Program-made: the position numbers and the translations under genes | Part shown: positions 1 through 12,231 of the stretch, piece after piece | Position numbering within the stretch: position 1 is the first letter of the stretch | How the letters are laid out: the number at the start of each line of letters is the position of its first letter | Notes under the pieces: generated by a model | Told to the model about the DNA's origin: nothing | The model's input: the letters and a program-made list of their open reading frames with translations, nothing else | Database searches by the model: none | Assembly (NCBI GenBank): GCA_963693365.1 | Contig: CAVNZM010000001.1 | Span: forward strand, 4,790,907 to 4,854,906 | DNA: 64,000 nucleotides | Origin: Amoebidium appalachense | Taxonomy: Eukaryota; Protista; Ichthyosporea | Reading direction: 5' to 3'

Positions 1-570
1 ATATCTGGATAAAACCCACTCTCGAATGTTTCCCTTTGTTGATGTATAACCTAACTTGGGTGTTTAGCTTGTTCACACGCGGTGTAAATATGGACTATAT
101 TGAAGACCCTACCTAACTGGATTTGTGTAGAAGACAGTACACAGTATGTATTAGAGTCAGTTTGTATTATGTTGTCCCTGTATGTACACAAACTTGTCAC
201 TCTCCGGCTAACACAAGAAGCCAGAGAAAGGACAATACAATTGAAGAAGAAAATAATAAAGGCATGCCATGCGAGATGGAGAGGCCCAGCAAAGAATGTT
301 AGAAAAGAAGGATATTCAGTCATACGGTTGAATGAATTTCCGTATTTTGTATATCTCGTTGGATATTCGGTGAAGCCATCTAATATCACGTGACTATCTC
401 GTTGTTCCTATGGCGACTGTACTATATATCCATTCTTAGCCCTGTCTGTTGCTTCTAAATTACTTTATTATAGCCGAAAATCACGTCCTTGTTAATCCTT
501 GCAGTTTCAAGCACGTGCGCACGTGCACCATACGTGTGCTGGCGGTATGTGTAGGCGGCAGAGGGGCGAA

Positions 571-605
<35 letters not shown>

Positions 606-851
606 CTCGTGTTGTACTTCAGAGCTGTGCGCGAAACTGTAACAGGCTAAAATGGAAGTCGAGGAAAAGGCAAGCACAGGAAGGGGTGCCATTGGGAAGC
701 GATTGTGTACGCGTGTGTGTGTGTGTGAGTGTGTGTGTGTACATGTGTTGAGGGAGGGGGGGGGGGTGTGGGGGTGGGGGGGGGGGGGGGGGGGGGAGGG
801 GGGGGAGGGGGAGGGAGACCTTGTGGGTAAGGTGGTGGTCCGGCGGTATTT

Positions 852-886
<35 letters not shown>

Positions 887-1325
887 TCACTGGGGGGTTG
901 AAAGTGTGAAACTACAGTAATTAACTACTGTTACAAACATGTAAGTGGGTACTAGGATCTGAGGGCTGGGATAGTGTTAGGCTGCAGGAGCTCTCCAGTG
1001 CTAGCACTGTAAATGCATCAACACACCCACATGGGTTGGTTTGAGTGTTTGTTGAAGGGGAGGGGGGGGGGGGGGGGGGGGGGGGGGAGGGGGGGAAGGT
1101 GTGAACCCTGGGTCAAACATTATAATATATTCCTGTGGCCGGTTGCCAAATCATGAACGGGGCAGCACATCACAGGAATATTTCCGAAACTTATTAATCC
1201 GCGTGGTGATGCCCCTGTGGTGGGCTGCAATAAATATCACCTCGTTTTGCAATATGTCATCACCGTGTTTCCCCTAAGGCTCTGCAGCTGCTTCAGTTAG
1301 CACTTACCCATTTGGGCTCGTTCCT

Positions 1326-1356
<31 letters not shown>

Positions 1357-1939
1357 TTCATCCCCCTCCCCCCACCCCCCCCCCCCCCCCCGACTCTCTG
1401 GAAGTTCCCGGTGACCCTCTTCCCTAAACCCTCCTCCCTCCCATTGACTTCCCCCCGCCCCCCCCCCCCCCCCCCCCCCCCCCCTTCCCCACACCATGCA
1501 TATATGACGACCACCACCACAAACAACACCAAAAAAACATACGGTGTGTGTGCGCGCGTGGCGGTGGTGGTTGTGCACGCGGTGGTGATGGTTGTAGAAA
1601 TGGATGGGTGGGTGGGTGGGTGGGTGGGCGGGGATTGTAACCGAATCCCGGACGAACTTACAATGTTTTTGCCGCATGAACCTTGATACGTGTGCGTGTT
1701 TGTGTTGTGACTATGCCTGTCAGGGCACAGAAGAAAAAAATCCTTTCCCCCAACTCTATCACTACATATGTTAGAGAAGAGGGGGAGCGGGGAGGGGGTG
1801 GGGTGGGGGTGGGGGTGGGGTAGGTGGGTGGGTGGGGGGGGGGGGGGGGGGGGGATCACTTCCACTACGTCTGTTTTTTCTTTCTTTTTTGTTTTTGTTT
1901 TGTTTTTGTGTGTGTCTTTGTGTGCGTTTTTGTGTGTTG

Positions 1940-1966
1940 TGTGTGTGTGTCACGGTGTGTGTGAGT

Positions 1967-2040
<74 letters not shown>
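1940..2040. repeat. (GT)n microsatellite
   Basis: Direct inspection. Confidence 0.95.
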
Positions 2041-2044
<4 letters not shown>

Positions 2045-2854
2045 GTTTTTTCGGATTGCCAACGCCTTGGTGTGATACGATTTGCACGTGACCTTGCATG
2101 TGTATGACCAAATGCACAGTATTGCAACTTTAAAGGTGAATGCGCCACAGCTTGTACGGCGCATTGACAAATAAAGGTCGGTATATGGACGGTTCAGCTA
2201 TTTCGAATTTGGTAGATTGAATAAAGTTTTTATGAAACAATAAAAAAAGTAGGAATATGTATGGGTGTGCAGTTAATGAGTCTGTGCAGGCGGTGCCAAG
2301 GTGATACAGACACAAAATTGTAGTGCATGCTAATGGTTTTTATTAAACCCCGTATTCCCTGTTTGCATAACTTTGGGAGACATACCTAGGTGGGATAGAT
2401 TCACTGTGCCTCAGTGCACGTTCTGTGTATGATTCAAACAAGAAACAAATTGCCGCAACCATGATATGCTACGTCACCCAGCCGCACGATCACCGGCCGT
2501 ACTCGTTAGCACACAGCTGTTTAGTAACCGCACAATAGCAAATCAGTACGCACAGACCAATTCTGGACATACTTCTTTTTCCTTGCTGTCACTTCGGGAG
2601 AATTTCATACGACTTTATTGATATTCAGTTTGGCCAAAGCCATGTTTCTTCGTCAGAGTGCAGCTTCGAACAATTCTATATCATACGCGATGGAGGATTT
2701 TTCCCTCCATAGAATGCCTAATGATAACAAAATACGATGCAAGTCAAACAAATACTACAGTATTTTTGTAACCAATGCAAACCATTCAAAAACTCCAACA
2801 GCATTAACCCCTATTCTCTGCCCATGCTACGGTTTCTAAATTTTCAAAAAATGC

Positions 2855-4386
2855 TCAGTTTGTAGCGGCCATCTCCATCAGGATGGAGCACAGCCATGCG
2901 CCCCACGTGCCGACGACGTAGCCGAGGATGGCAAAGAGGGCGCCCACGGGGGCCAGGGACGGGTGGAAGGCGCCGGCAACGACCGGGGCCGATGCGGCGC
3001 CGCCAATGTTGGCCTGGCTGCCCACGGCCATGAAGAAGAGGGGGCGCGCAGCAGGCGGCACATGAGCAGCATCAGCAGGCCGTGGAAGCAGATCCAGATG
3101 AAGCCCAGCACAAAGATGCCCGGGTTGCCCACAATGGCCGTGATGTCCATGCCCATACCGATGGTCACCACGATGTAGTAGATGAACACGTTGGCAATCT
3201 TCGACGCCCCCGCCCCGTCCAGGTCCCGCGCCGGCGTGAAGGACAGCAGCATGCCGCACATGGTGGCAATCATCACGCGCCACAAGATGGCCGAGTCGAA
3301 GGCAATGCGCGAGATGAACTCGGACTGCAGCGACCCAAAGGCCCTGGCAATGGTGCTGCCCAGGTAGTTTGCCACGCCGCAGATGCCCATGGCGATGCAA
3401 GCAATGCGGATCAGGTCGTAGTTGCTGGGGATGCGCGCATTCTCCTGCTCGTACGCGTCCATCTTGCGCATGAGGTCGTCCACGGGCCGCGGGTCTGCGC
3501 GCAGCAGCTTGTTGACCTGCTTGCGCTTGCCGATCAGCAGGAACAGCACGGCACACCACACGTTGGCGCAGAAGATGTCCACGGCAATGGCCTGCGACTT
3601 GGCCTCGTTGCTGGGCTGGAAGATGTCGATCATGGCTGCCGCATTGGCCCCGCCGCCAATCCAGCTGCCGGCAATGTACGTCAACCCGCGCCACGTGTCG
3701 TCCCCGGCCACCACGGACGGCCACACCAGCCGCATGAAGCCCACGGACAGCGGGCCGCCAAAGATGACGCCAAACGACCCCACAAAGAACATGATGATGG
3801 CCTTGGGCCCCAGCCCGGCAATGCCCCTGAGGTCGATGTTGATGCACAGCAGCCCGAGCGTGGCCGGCAGGATGTAGGTCGACGCGATGGAGTACAGCTT
3901 GCTGGACGGCGCGTCAAAAACGGCCGCAGACCCCAGCAGCCCGGGGATGAAGTAGCACAGGAACAGGTACGGGATGATGGCGTAGAACTTTTTCAGGATC
4001 CAGATGGGCGAGTTGGCGCTGGTGAAGATGAAGGCCAGGGCTATGTACAGGATGCCCAGCACCACGGCATCGTCCTTGATCAGCGGGTTGCTCTTGCAGT
4101 CCGCCTGGCCCTCCTTGCACACGTATTTGCCCGTCAGCTGCGCAACCGTCGGCAGGATGATGAGCGTGGCCAGCGTGCCTGCCAGCGTGAGGTAGTGCCA
4201 CCAGTCAGGCTGCTGCTGCACGACAACAGTTGGCTCGGCGTTCGGCGTGTCGTCTGCCGATGCATTTGACCCTGTGGACCCCACACTGATGTTGCTGGTG
4301 TTCTGAAGCTCGTCGGTGGTCTTTTTCTCGCTGTCCATCGCTGTGATGTACGCGACGCCGCGCTCAACCTGCGAAATGTCCGACAT
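2855..4386 (-). CDS. DUF819-family multi-pass membrane protein (bacterial type), intronless, about 510 aa once one frameshift is repaired
   Basis: ORF 2878-4386 has DUF819 motifs (NPLIKDDAVVLGIL, YFIPGLL, IDLRGIAGLGPKAIIMF, AGSWIGGGANAAAM). The conserved C-terminus (PLFFMAVGSQANIGGAASAPVVAGAFHPSLAPVG...GYVVGT) is in the frame of ORF 2855-3847. Adding one base to the G5 run at 3040-3044 joins them (RLLRAP-LFFMAVG). Third codon positions are strongly G/C. Confidence 0.9.
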
Positions 4387-4517
4387 CGTGTTCTATGGGT
4401 TTTCTAGTGTCTCACCGCAGTGTGATCGACTTCACCAGCCGTCTTCTTTCTCTTGCAATTGAAGGCTATTGGTGTTTGTTTACTGCTCAGTTGACTTCGA
4501 TCAAGTTCGATGTCGTG

Positions 4518-4655
4518 TTTATAAAGTTTTTTGCAGATTCACTTGACTGCTTTCTATTGGACAAGCAATATGATTGGTAGTTGAAAAACGCAATTGCGTT
4601 GATTGGTGTAGATTGGTGAATGCCCGCGCCCAGCCCCGGCGCCGCCGGCGGCCCC
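4518..4655 (-). promoter_or_regulatory. Putative Pol II promoter of the DUF819 gene (TATA, four CCAAT boxes, GC-rich box)
   Basis: TATAAA at about 4518-4523 on the minus strand. ATTGG (CCAAT on minus) at 4556, 4573, 4602 and 4612. GC-rich block at 4622-4655. All lie 130-270 nt upstream of the ATG at 4386. Confidence 0.5.
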
Positions 4656-5197
4656 ATTCAAGCTTTCAACCACGATGGAGTCATTGTGTACGAGATGCGT
4701 GATTGACCTACTGTCTTTGTAAAAGTAAACTAATAGAAAGTTTTGTTTAGTTGTGATGCCTTATTTCATAGTAATGGTAGTAAAGGTTGGCTCGAAACAT
4801 GAGCTGTGGTCGCTTGCACGTGGACCGTCAACGGGGGTTGGGGCGAACACCCGTTGATGAGATTGTAAACCAATCACGCGTGTTGCCGCTCTGAAAAATG
4901 CAACAGAATTCCTGAGGATAAATCGCGTCTGCAAAGCTTGCATATGACGTATCGTAGTTTACTTTAGGCAAGAAAGACAAAGCCCCCTTTTTTTTTGTTA
5001 CATGCTAATCTCTATGGGATCACCTAAACGACTCTCAGCAAGCACAACTGAAATAGTGACTGGTGTGTGTGGAGCCTCCCGCGGCTAGCCAAGCGGGATT
5101 TCGGAAGCCTTGATCTCCGGGCCGTCACCGGTAGAAAGCGAGCACTGGTCACAAGCTTGGATAGCCGGGCCAAGAGCTCGTGCCAAGACCCTGTACC

Positions 5198-5260
<63 letters not shown>

Positions 5261-5530
5261 AAAAAAAAAAAAAAAAAACCCTCCCCCCCCTCCCTCCCTC
5301 CCCCTGGGGCCTCTATCTCTATTTCTTTTCTTATTTTTTTTTTTGTGGGAGCGTGTTGGTGGTGGTGGTGGTGGTGGTGGTCAGTGGGCTGAGGGTCCCC
5401 GTCGGAAAACCTTAGAAAAGGGCGGGGGGGGGGGGGGGGGGGGGGGGAGGGGGGGGGGGGGGGGGCTGGATGAGCTCATATGGGAAGACAATTCACCCTG
5501 TGTAAGCGTGGGGATCTCCCCACAGCTCAG

Positions 5531-5565
<35 letters not shown>

Positions 5566-6141
5566 AATGGGCCAATCCGACCTACCCACGCGCACGTGAC
5601 TAACCCCCCCCCCCCCCGCCCCTTCCTCCTCCCCCTCGGTGTCCCCCATCCATTTCCTCTTTTCCCCAGATGGCCTACTAGTGAAGGCTTCTCTTTCTTG
5701 AAGGCTTCTTTAAGTTTCCTTTTTCCTAATGTTTTTTTCATTGTGACGGTGGTGGTGGGAGAGGGCGCCCAAGGGGCCGGGGAGGGGGAGGAGGGGGGAG
5801 GGGGGAGTGGGCGGTGGGGGGGAGGGGAGAAGGGGGGGGGGGAGGGGGCCCCAGGGGGGGGGGGGGGGGTTGGCCACGGGGAGACAATTCACTACGAAGT
5901 ACAGCAGGTCTGTTTCTGAGGACCCCAATGGTGACCCCGTCTGTCCCCCCCTCCCCCCTCCCCCCCTTCCCCCCATCATAAACCTACCCAAGTGGCCTCC
6001 TTCCTCCCCCAATCAAAGGTGTTGGTCCGGGGATGGAGGGGATGGGGAGGGGGCGGGAGGAGGCAGGGAGGGTTTTAATGTGGTAGCAGCTCTGAACGCG
6101 GAAAGCCTTAGGGAAGAGGGGGCGGACTAGAAACGTGATGC

Positions 6142-6187
<46 letters not shown>

Positions 6188-7580
6188 AGAGAGTATGTAG
6201 ATCCTGCTAGCATTCTTTTACCCAGGGGGGGGGGGGAGAAAGGGGGGGGGGGGGGGGGGGGATGGAGGGCAGAAGGGGGAGGGGAGGGAGGGAGGGAGGG
6301 AGGGAGGGAGGGAGAAGCCTCGCCGACTCACGAAGTTGCTACTACGCTACGCATTCGGGTAAAGCAATCTCATGGGGTCAAGTCTTCGAGGTGGACACTG
6401 GCAGTAGTGAAAATGCTCTCAGAACCTTACAATAGGTATGTGTTTCGTGTAACAAAAAAAAAAGTCGGTTTTCAAGGGGGTTCTCCGGATCGGGGCTGAC
6501 CTGAAAGCGGGTTAAGCCCTTTTGATTGGGGACTGATGCGCATCAAACCCAAAAGGGTCCATATATTATAAATCGGTCTTAAAGAAACCATTTTAATTAA
6601 GGCGGGCCGGGACAGGGGGTTTAATAGTGAAATCGTCGGTCAAAAATCCTGAACCTCCCCCCATCCGAATCCCCCCGCCCCGGGGGAGTGAGTCCACTGC
6701 TCTGCCACCCCCCCCCCCCCCCCCCCCCCCCCCCCAGGCTCTCTGCGGCCCCGCAAAACTGAAAAACAAAAAAAAAATAAAATAAAAAAAAATAAATAAA
6801 AAATAAATAATAAAAAACCGGAGCCCAGAGGCCCCATGCACGGGCAAAATAAACCCCTTTTCTCGGTCTCTTGAAGTGATAACGGACCAACTGTTTTGCT
6901 TTCCATTTTGGGGGGTACCATAGGGTTTTCCCCTTTTTAATCTATTGAGTTAGCACGGTGACTATTACCAAATGTTTAAACTCAACACGTAATGAAGAGC
7001 AGAAGCCTAATACTTTATTTGAAGCCTGTATATAAAAAATTCTTCTTGGTATTTTCATAGTTATTTCATTGACACCTTACTCCACACGAATGACTTTGGA
7101 AAAACAGGGATTAACAGCAATTTTTGGAATTGAACAGCGTACCTATTTTGTCTGTGTAACATTAAAGGTGAACCCATCGCTTCTTCACTGACTCTTTAGG
7201 GGAACCCTTAACCTATCCCCTTGCACCTACAAAAACAGGCAATGTCTGTATTACAGTCTTAGTCTGTACAACCCGGTTTAGTTTAGCAGGGTCGCTGGGG
7301 TACCCACAAAAATCATAGCGTATGGAATCAGGCGTGATAAACCGTTAAAAACGAAAACCCCTGGTCGGATTCACACACACACAAGCACACGCACACAAAT
7401 TTCCGGACGTACCCACACACACCTATATATATCCGGTGACGGCGGTACATACACACGAAGTGCATACTGAATACAGCCACCATGTCTGCGTGCACGCATA
7501 TGCAGGTACCGTAACCCTCGCACCGTCCTCAAAAGGGCACATATATGATCCAAAGTGACGCGCCGTGTGACACACATGTA

Positions 7581-7744
<164 letters not shown>

Positions 7745-8218
7745 ATACCCATGTGAAGTTGAGCGCTCACGATGATACTCTAGCGCGTGTGCATGTCCGC
7801 ACGCACGCACGCACGCACGCCCGCCCATACACGCTAAGACACACTGACACACACACAGTGTCACACGCACGCAGGCACACACACACCTCACACTTCCACG
7901 GACAGGCTCGGAGTATTAGCTAACACATGCCTGCACAGACTCACACGTTCCCTCTCCTTTTTTCTCGCTCCCTGTGTTTAACCCCCCCCCCCCCCCCTCC
8001 CCCCCTTCTTCCCCCCCAGCCTCCCTATTGAGCTTTCTCTCCATCTCCCCCTCCCCCCTCCCAAAATACTTCTCTTTGAAGTTCTACTTCTACTTTTTCT
8101 TTTCCTTCTTCTTCTCCTTTCCGCCCCGCCCCCTTCCCCCTTCCCCTCGGAACTAAAAAAGGCCAGAATAGGGAGAGCATAGAGGGGTCTCCCCGTGCAG
8201 TTTCTTATTCTCCTTTCT

Positions 8219-8234
8219 AGAGAGAGAGAGAGAC

Positions 8235-8280
<46 letters not shown>

Positions 8281-8288
8281 AGGGAGAG

Positions 8289-8348
<60 letters not shown>

Positions 8349-8355
8349 GAGAGAA

Positions 8356-8387
<32 letters not shown>

Positions 8388-8465
8388 AGGGAGAGGGAGA
8401 GAGAAAGAGAGAGAGAGAGAGACTGGAGAGCCGAGAGAGAGAGAGAGAGGGGGGGGGGGGGGGGG

Positions 8466-8563
<98 letters not shown>

Positions 8564-8648
8564 GAGAGAGAGAGAGAGAGAGGGAGAGGGAGAGGGAGAG
8601 GGAGAGAGAAAGAGAGAGAGAGAGAGACTGGAGAGCCGAGAGAGAGAG

Positions 8649-8740
<92 letters not shown>
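8219..8740. repeat. Compound (GA)n tract with a duplicated internal block
   Basis: The block (GAGAGG)n-GAGACTGGAGAGCCGAGA-polyG occurs twice, at about 8375-8470 and 8580-8680. Confidence 0.9.
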
Positions 8741-8742
<2 letters not shown>

Positions 8743-9086
8743 AAGAGAATAAAAGAAAGAAAAAGAAAAAGAAAAAGGAATCATATGTGCTAATTTCGGC
8801 AAAAGAAGAAACCAATGGTGAGGCCGAGGAAAAAGGGGGGGGGGGGGGGGGGGGGGGGGTACAATGGATGGCCACTTCTTCCTTTGGTCAACAGGTCCGG
8901 CAACACGAGCGATAGGAGCTACGCATCATTGTCAGAGCAATTACTACTCTAACAAAAGAATCCGATAACGTATGCCATTCCATGAGTCAAAACTGATATC
9001 CGATGTTGAGGGCCAAAACCCCTGATATCAGCGCACTTGCGATATTGTATCATGTCGCAGAATGTTTCAGGCTATGGAGGGAGCTA

Positions 9087-9128
<42 letters not shown>

Positions 9129-9183
9129 GGGCATGAGGGAATATGGCGGAGGGGTGGGGAGGAAGGGTGTGTTTGTGTATGTG

Positions 9184-9222
<39 letters not shown>

Positions 9223-11210
9223 TAGTGACTGGAGTGCTGCGCAGGGTCTTTTTTTGGTTTCGTGCCGAATGCCGTGCCACAAAATTTGTTTGAGCCGAAT
9301 TGAAACCGTTTGTGTCAACGGTCTGTGTGAGAAAACAGCAGAGTAGGCTGAGTATTTAATGTGCTTCAGGGTTTGGGGGGGATCCCAAAGAAAAAAAGAA
9401 AAGAAAGAAAAGGAAGAAACAAAGAAGACAAAAGAAAAGATATAAAAGAACCAAGGCCCCCACCCGGATGACGAATCCAGGGTTCGAAAGGTCAGTGTTT
9501 CGTCATCGTACGTGCGGCTGAGCCCTCTACAACTTATGTACAGGACAGTAGCTAGCGTTTATTTTTCAAATGGCCAGACTCCCATGCGAGAGCGATTTGT
9601 CGCGTGCTTATCCTGTCCTTGAAAAATATCTTGGGTTGACTTATCATTCACTTGAAAACACATAACCGTAGAAGGTACAATCAAGACTTGCCTGCCCCTA
9701 CCTTCGAGTCAGCCGCCGCAACATCACGCGTAGGCCCTACTGATCATGTAAACATTTCGAGCCCTAACCAGATCTAAGGCATGCATCGTCAACACACATT
9801 GAACACAATCGTCATTGGTCCACACGTTAATTTGGCGATCTTCCTCATTGGGTATGTGTGCGACACTGTCTGTGTGTACTACCGGTACAGTGACACGGGT
9901 GTGTTGGTTAGGGGGGGGGGGGGGGGGGGAGGGGGAAGCTTTGTGGGGGCTGGGGGGGGGAGGCTGGGGGGGAGGGGGGAGGGGGGAAGCTGGGGGGGGG
10001 GGGGGGGGGGGGGGGGGGGAGGGGGGGGGGGGGGGGGGGGGGGCACAACATTGGTTAGTATGTATGTATGTTAGTAGCCCCCCCCCCCCCCCCCCCCCCC
10101 CCTCCCCACCTTCCTCATTCCGTCCCCTCCCGAATATTCCTGCTCAACCCCGCCCCCAAAGCGTGACAGTGGCATGCAGTCCGTGACAGTGACTGGGCCA
10201 GATCTTGGAATGTGTCACACGAAAGTTTTTGGGCCCTTGGCAATGCCAAACGGTAGGCTAGCCCGGATAGGGGATCCGGATCCCACGGGCAATTTCAGGC
10301 AGGGGAGGGGAGCTGAGGTTGTTCCAAGTTCAATGAGCAAATGCATGAATTATTCCGTTACACAGTGGCTTTTTCTGCAAAGGGCACACACACACATGGC
10401 TCTGTAATGTCAACACACTGGCCTCCAGCGCATCACACGAGGGCCCGCGCTGCGTTTTTGCTGGCATCGATTGGTGTCACGGTAGTCAAAACAGGGAGAT
10501 CCCCCCAGCAGAACTTACTTTGTGGGTCATTTGTGTGGTCGTTCCTTTTCCGCATTGTAATTTTTCATATTAATTCGGAGGAGACCGAGGAGTTCAGAGG
10601 GGTCCGGACTTCGGAGATTCATGGTCATACTGTAGCATAGAGCCATGCATATGAAAATATGAAGCGAATATTATATTTCCAGGAATGAAGCTTTTTTCTC
10701 TCTAATCACCTTCCTGAACTTGACCTGAAGTTGAACTGAGTCTGAAGATTTGAATTTGAAATGAAAAAGATGAGCGCTGAAAATTGGCAACCCACACCAG
10801 CAGGGTTTAGGGGCTCTAACTGGTTCGTGTTTCGCCAATCAAACGTGCTTTAAGAGAATGATGCAATATTGTATTCGCGATTATCATTGGTCCTTGTACG
10901 TTTTGCCGAGGCGCCGCAGGCCCCGCCCGAGCGGGCGCTACTGATCAGGCGGTTCACATTGCATATCTACTATTTTCTAGCACCCTTATCATCAGACTTT
11001 AAGAGATGAAACAGTAGATGCGTTTTCCATGAAGACAGAAGCAGAAAAAGTGAAAAATAGAAAAATATAGCTGTATGTGACATATGAGCTTACTATGGCA
11101 TTCATTTGGGCTTCCCCTTGCACACTGTTGAAGATCAAGATAACAAGAAAAATTTAAAATGCTGACATCACAGCCGCCATTTCAGGCAGTCCTTTGTTCA
11201 CACTTCCTTT

Positions 11211-11292
11211 GATTGGCTGCAAAGCACGCAGGTCTACCACCATTAGGTCATCCCGCGTGGGCGACTATAAAACTGGCCGGAGTAGCTCACTT
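11211..11292 (+). promoter_or_regulatory. Putative promoter of PDZ gene 1
   Basis: Inverted CCAAT (GATTGG) at 11211, TATAAAA at 11266-11272 and Inr-like TCACTT at 11287. Confidence 0.45.
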
Positions 11293-11571
11293 CGCAACAC
11301 ATCCACTTTGTCGCGAACATGATCAGGACACGTTGTCAACACGGTATACGTAGCCCATCCGAGGAAGATAAAAGACACAGTGCAGTCTTTCAGATCTACT
11401 CATAAACAAAGCGAACTGTGAACCTGATATAGAGTCGTTACGTAGAAGAAATGCAAAGATGTCGCGTTCATTTGTTAATGATATCCCAGCGCTTCCAGCA
11501 CACCACCTTCTTGGTGGGCACGTTCAGGCTGAGTCCCATAAAACAAGCCCGTCTCCCGGACACACACATTG

Positions 11572-12231
11572 ATGGGGCACAAGAAAATTCACACGGCACA
11601 CACACACGCAAACACAAACAGTGCAACAGCTGCACATGCAACACCATCACGAGCCACGAAAATGACGGTCTACTCGCACACCTCGAATGCCGCAGCGAGT
11701 GTAGCACAGGCAGACAGAAACGACTTATACAACATGCATTTGAATACACAAATAATGTACAGCTACAAGAACGGGCAAGACACAAATCTGGGCACTCGAC
11801 ATTCACCATATACTTCCCTTTCCCCGGACTACACCACCCGGTTCCGTCGTGAAATTGCTTTCCGAAAACTCGCAAATTCTAGCATCGGTATCCGCGTTGT
11901 ACGCGTGCAAGGGCACGTGTACATTAGCCACGTGAAGAAGGGGTCGCGTGGGTGGAACATTGGTCTCTCCCCAGGGGACAGAATTGAGCAGGTGAACACC
12001 ATGAACATGAGAGACCCCACTTCTCTTTCCGCTGCGGAGGTTGCCCAGTTGATATTCGAACCGAGTCAGGTGGATATGACGATAGTCGACAATGCCCTGC
12101 CCGAGGAGATTGTGGCGGCTGCTGAGGCGGATTTTCTCGAAAACGTACAAGGTCGGAGACGTGCTTCGGTGAGCTCACGCCTTTCTGAGGCTAGTCGTAT
12201 TTCCAGACGCAGTTTCTCGCTGCGCTGGTAG
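11572..12231 (+). CDS. Single-PDZ-domain protein (syntenin-like PDZ), intronless; start uncertain
   Basis: RREIAFRKLANSSIGIRVVRVQGHVYISHVKKGSRGWNIGLSPGDRIEQVN matches the PDZ pattern (R/K..xGI carboxylate loop, GS.a...GL..GD.I..VN). First ATG is at 11572. An upstream ATG at 11459 is in another frame and could be the true start if an indel is present. Confidence 0.75.
   Translation: MGHKKIHTAHTHANTNSATAAHATPSRATKMTVYSHTSNAAASVAQADRNDLYNMHLNTQIMYSYKNGQDTNLGTRHSPYTSLSPDYTTRFRREIAFRKLANSSIGIRVVRVQGHVYISHVKKGSRGWNIGLSPGDRIEQVNTMNMRDPTSLSAAEVAQLIFEPSQVDMTIVDNALPEEIVAAAEADFLENVQGRRRASVSSRLSEASRISRRSFSLRW

Noticed and set aside
1-440. AT-rich unique segment with 97-aa and 112-aa ORFs and a GGATATTC(A/G)GT repeat
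   Set aside because: No recognisable domain or splice model, and it is truncated by the window edge; possibly a transposon remnant.
3040-3044. Programmed frameshifting in DUF819 (and in PDZ2 or the transposase)
   Set aside because: The shifts lie in short homopolymers without a canonical slippery heptamer or stimulatory structure; sequencing indels or mutations are simpler explanations.
3082-4269. 395-aa + strand ORF opposite DUF819
   Set aside because: It is the antisense shadow expected from high-GC3 codon usage.
6440-7372. AT-rich island as a defined transposon (similar islands at 14270-14530, 22620-23000 and 29460-29720)
   Set aside because: I could not identify terminal inverted repeats, target duplications or coding remnants by eye.
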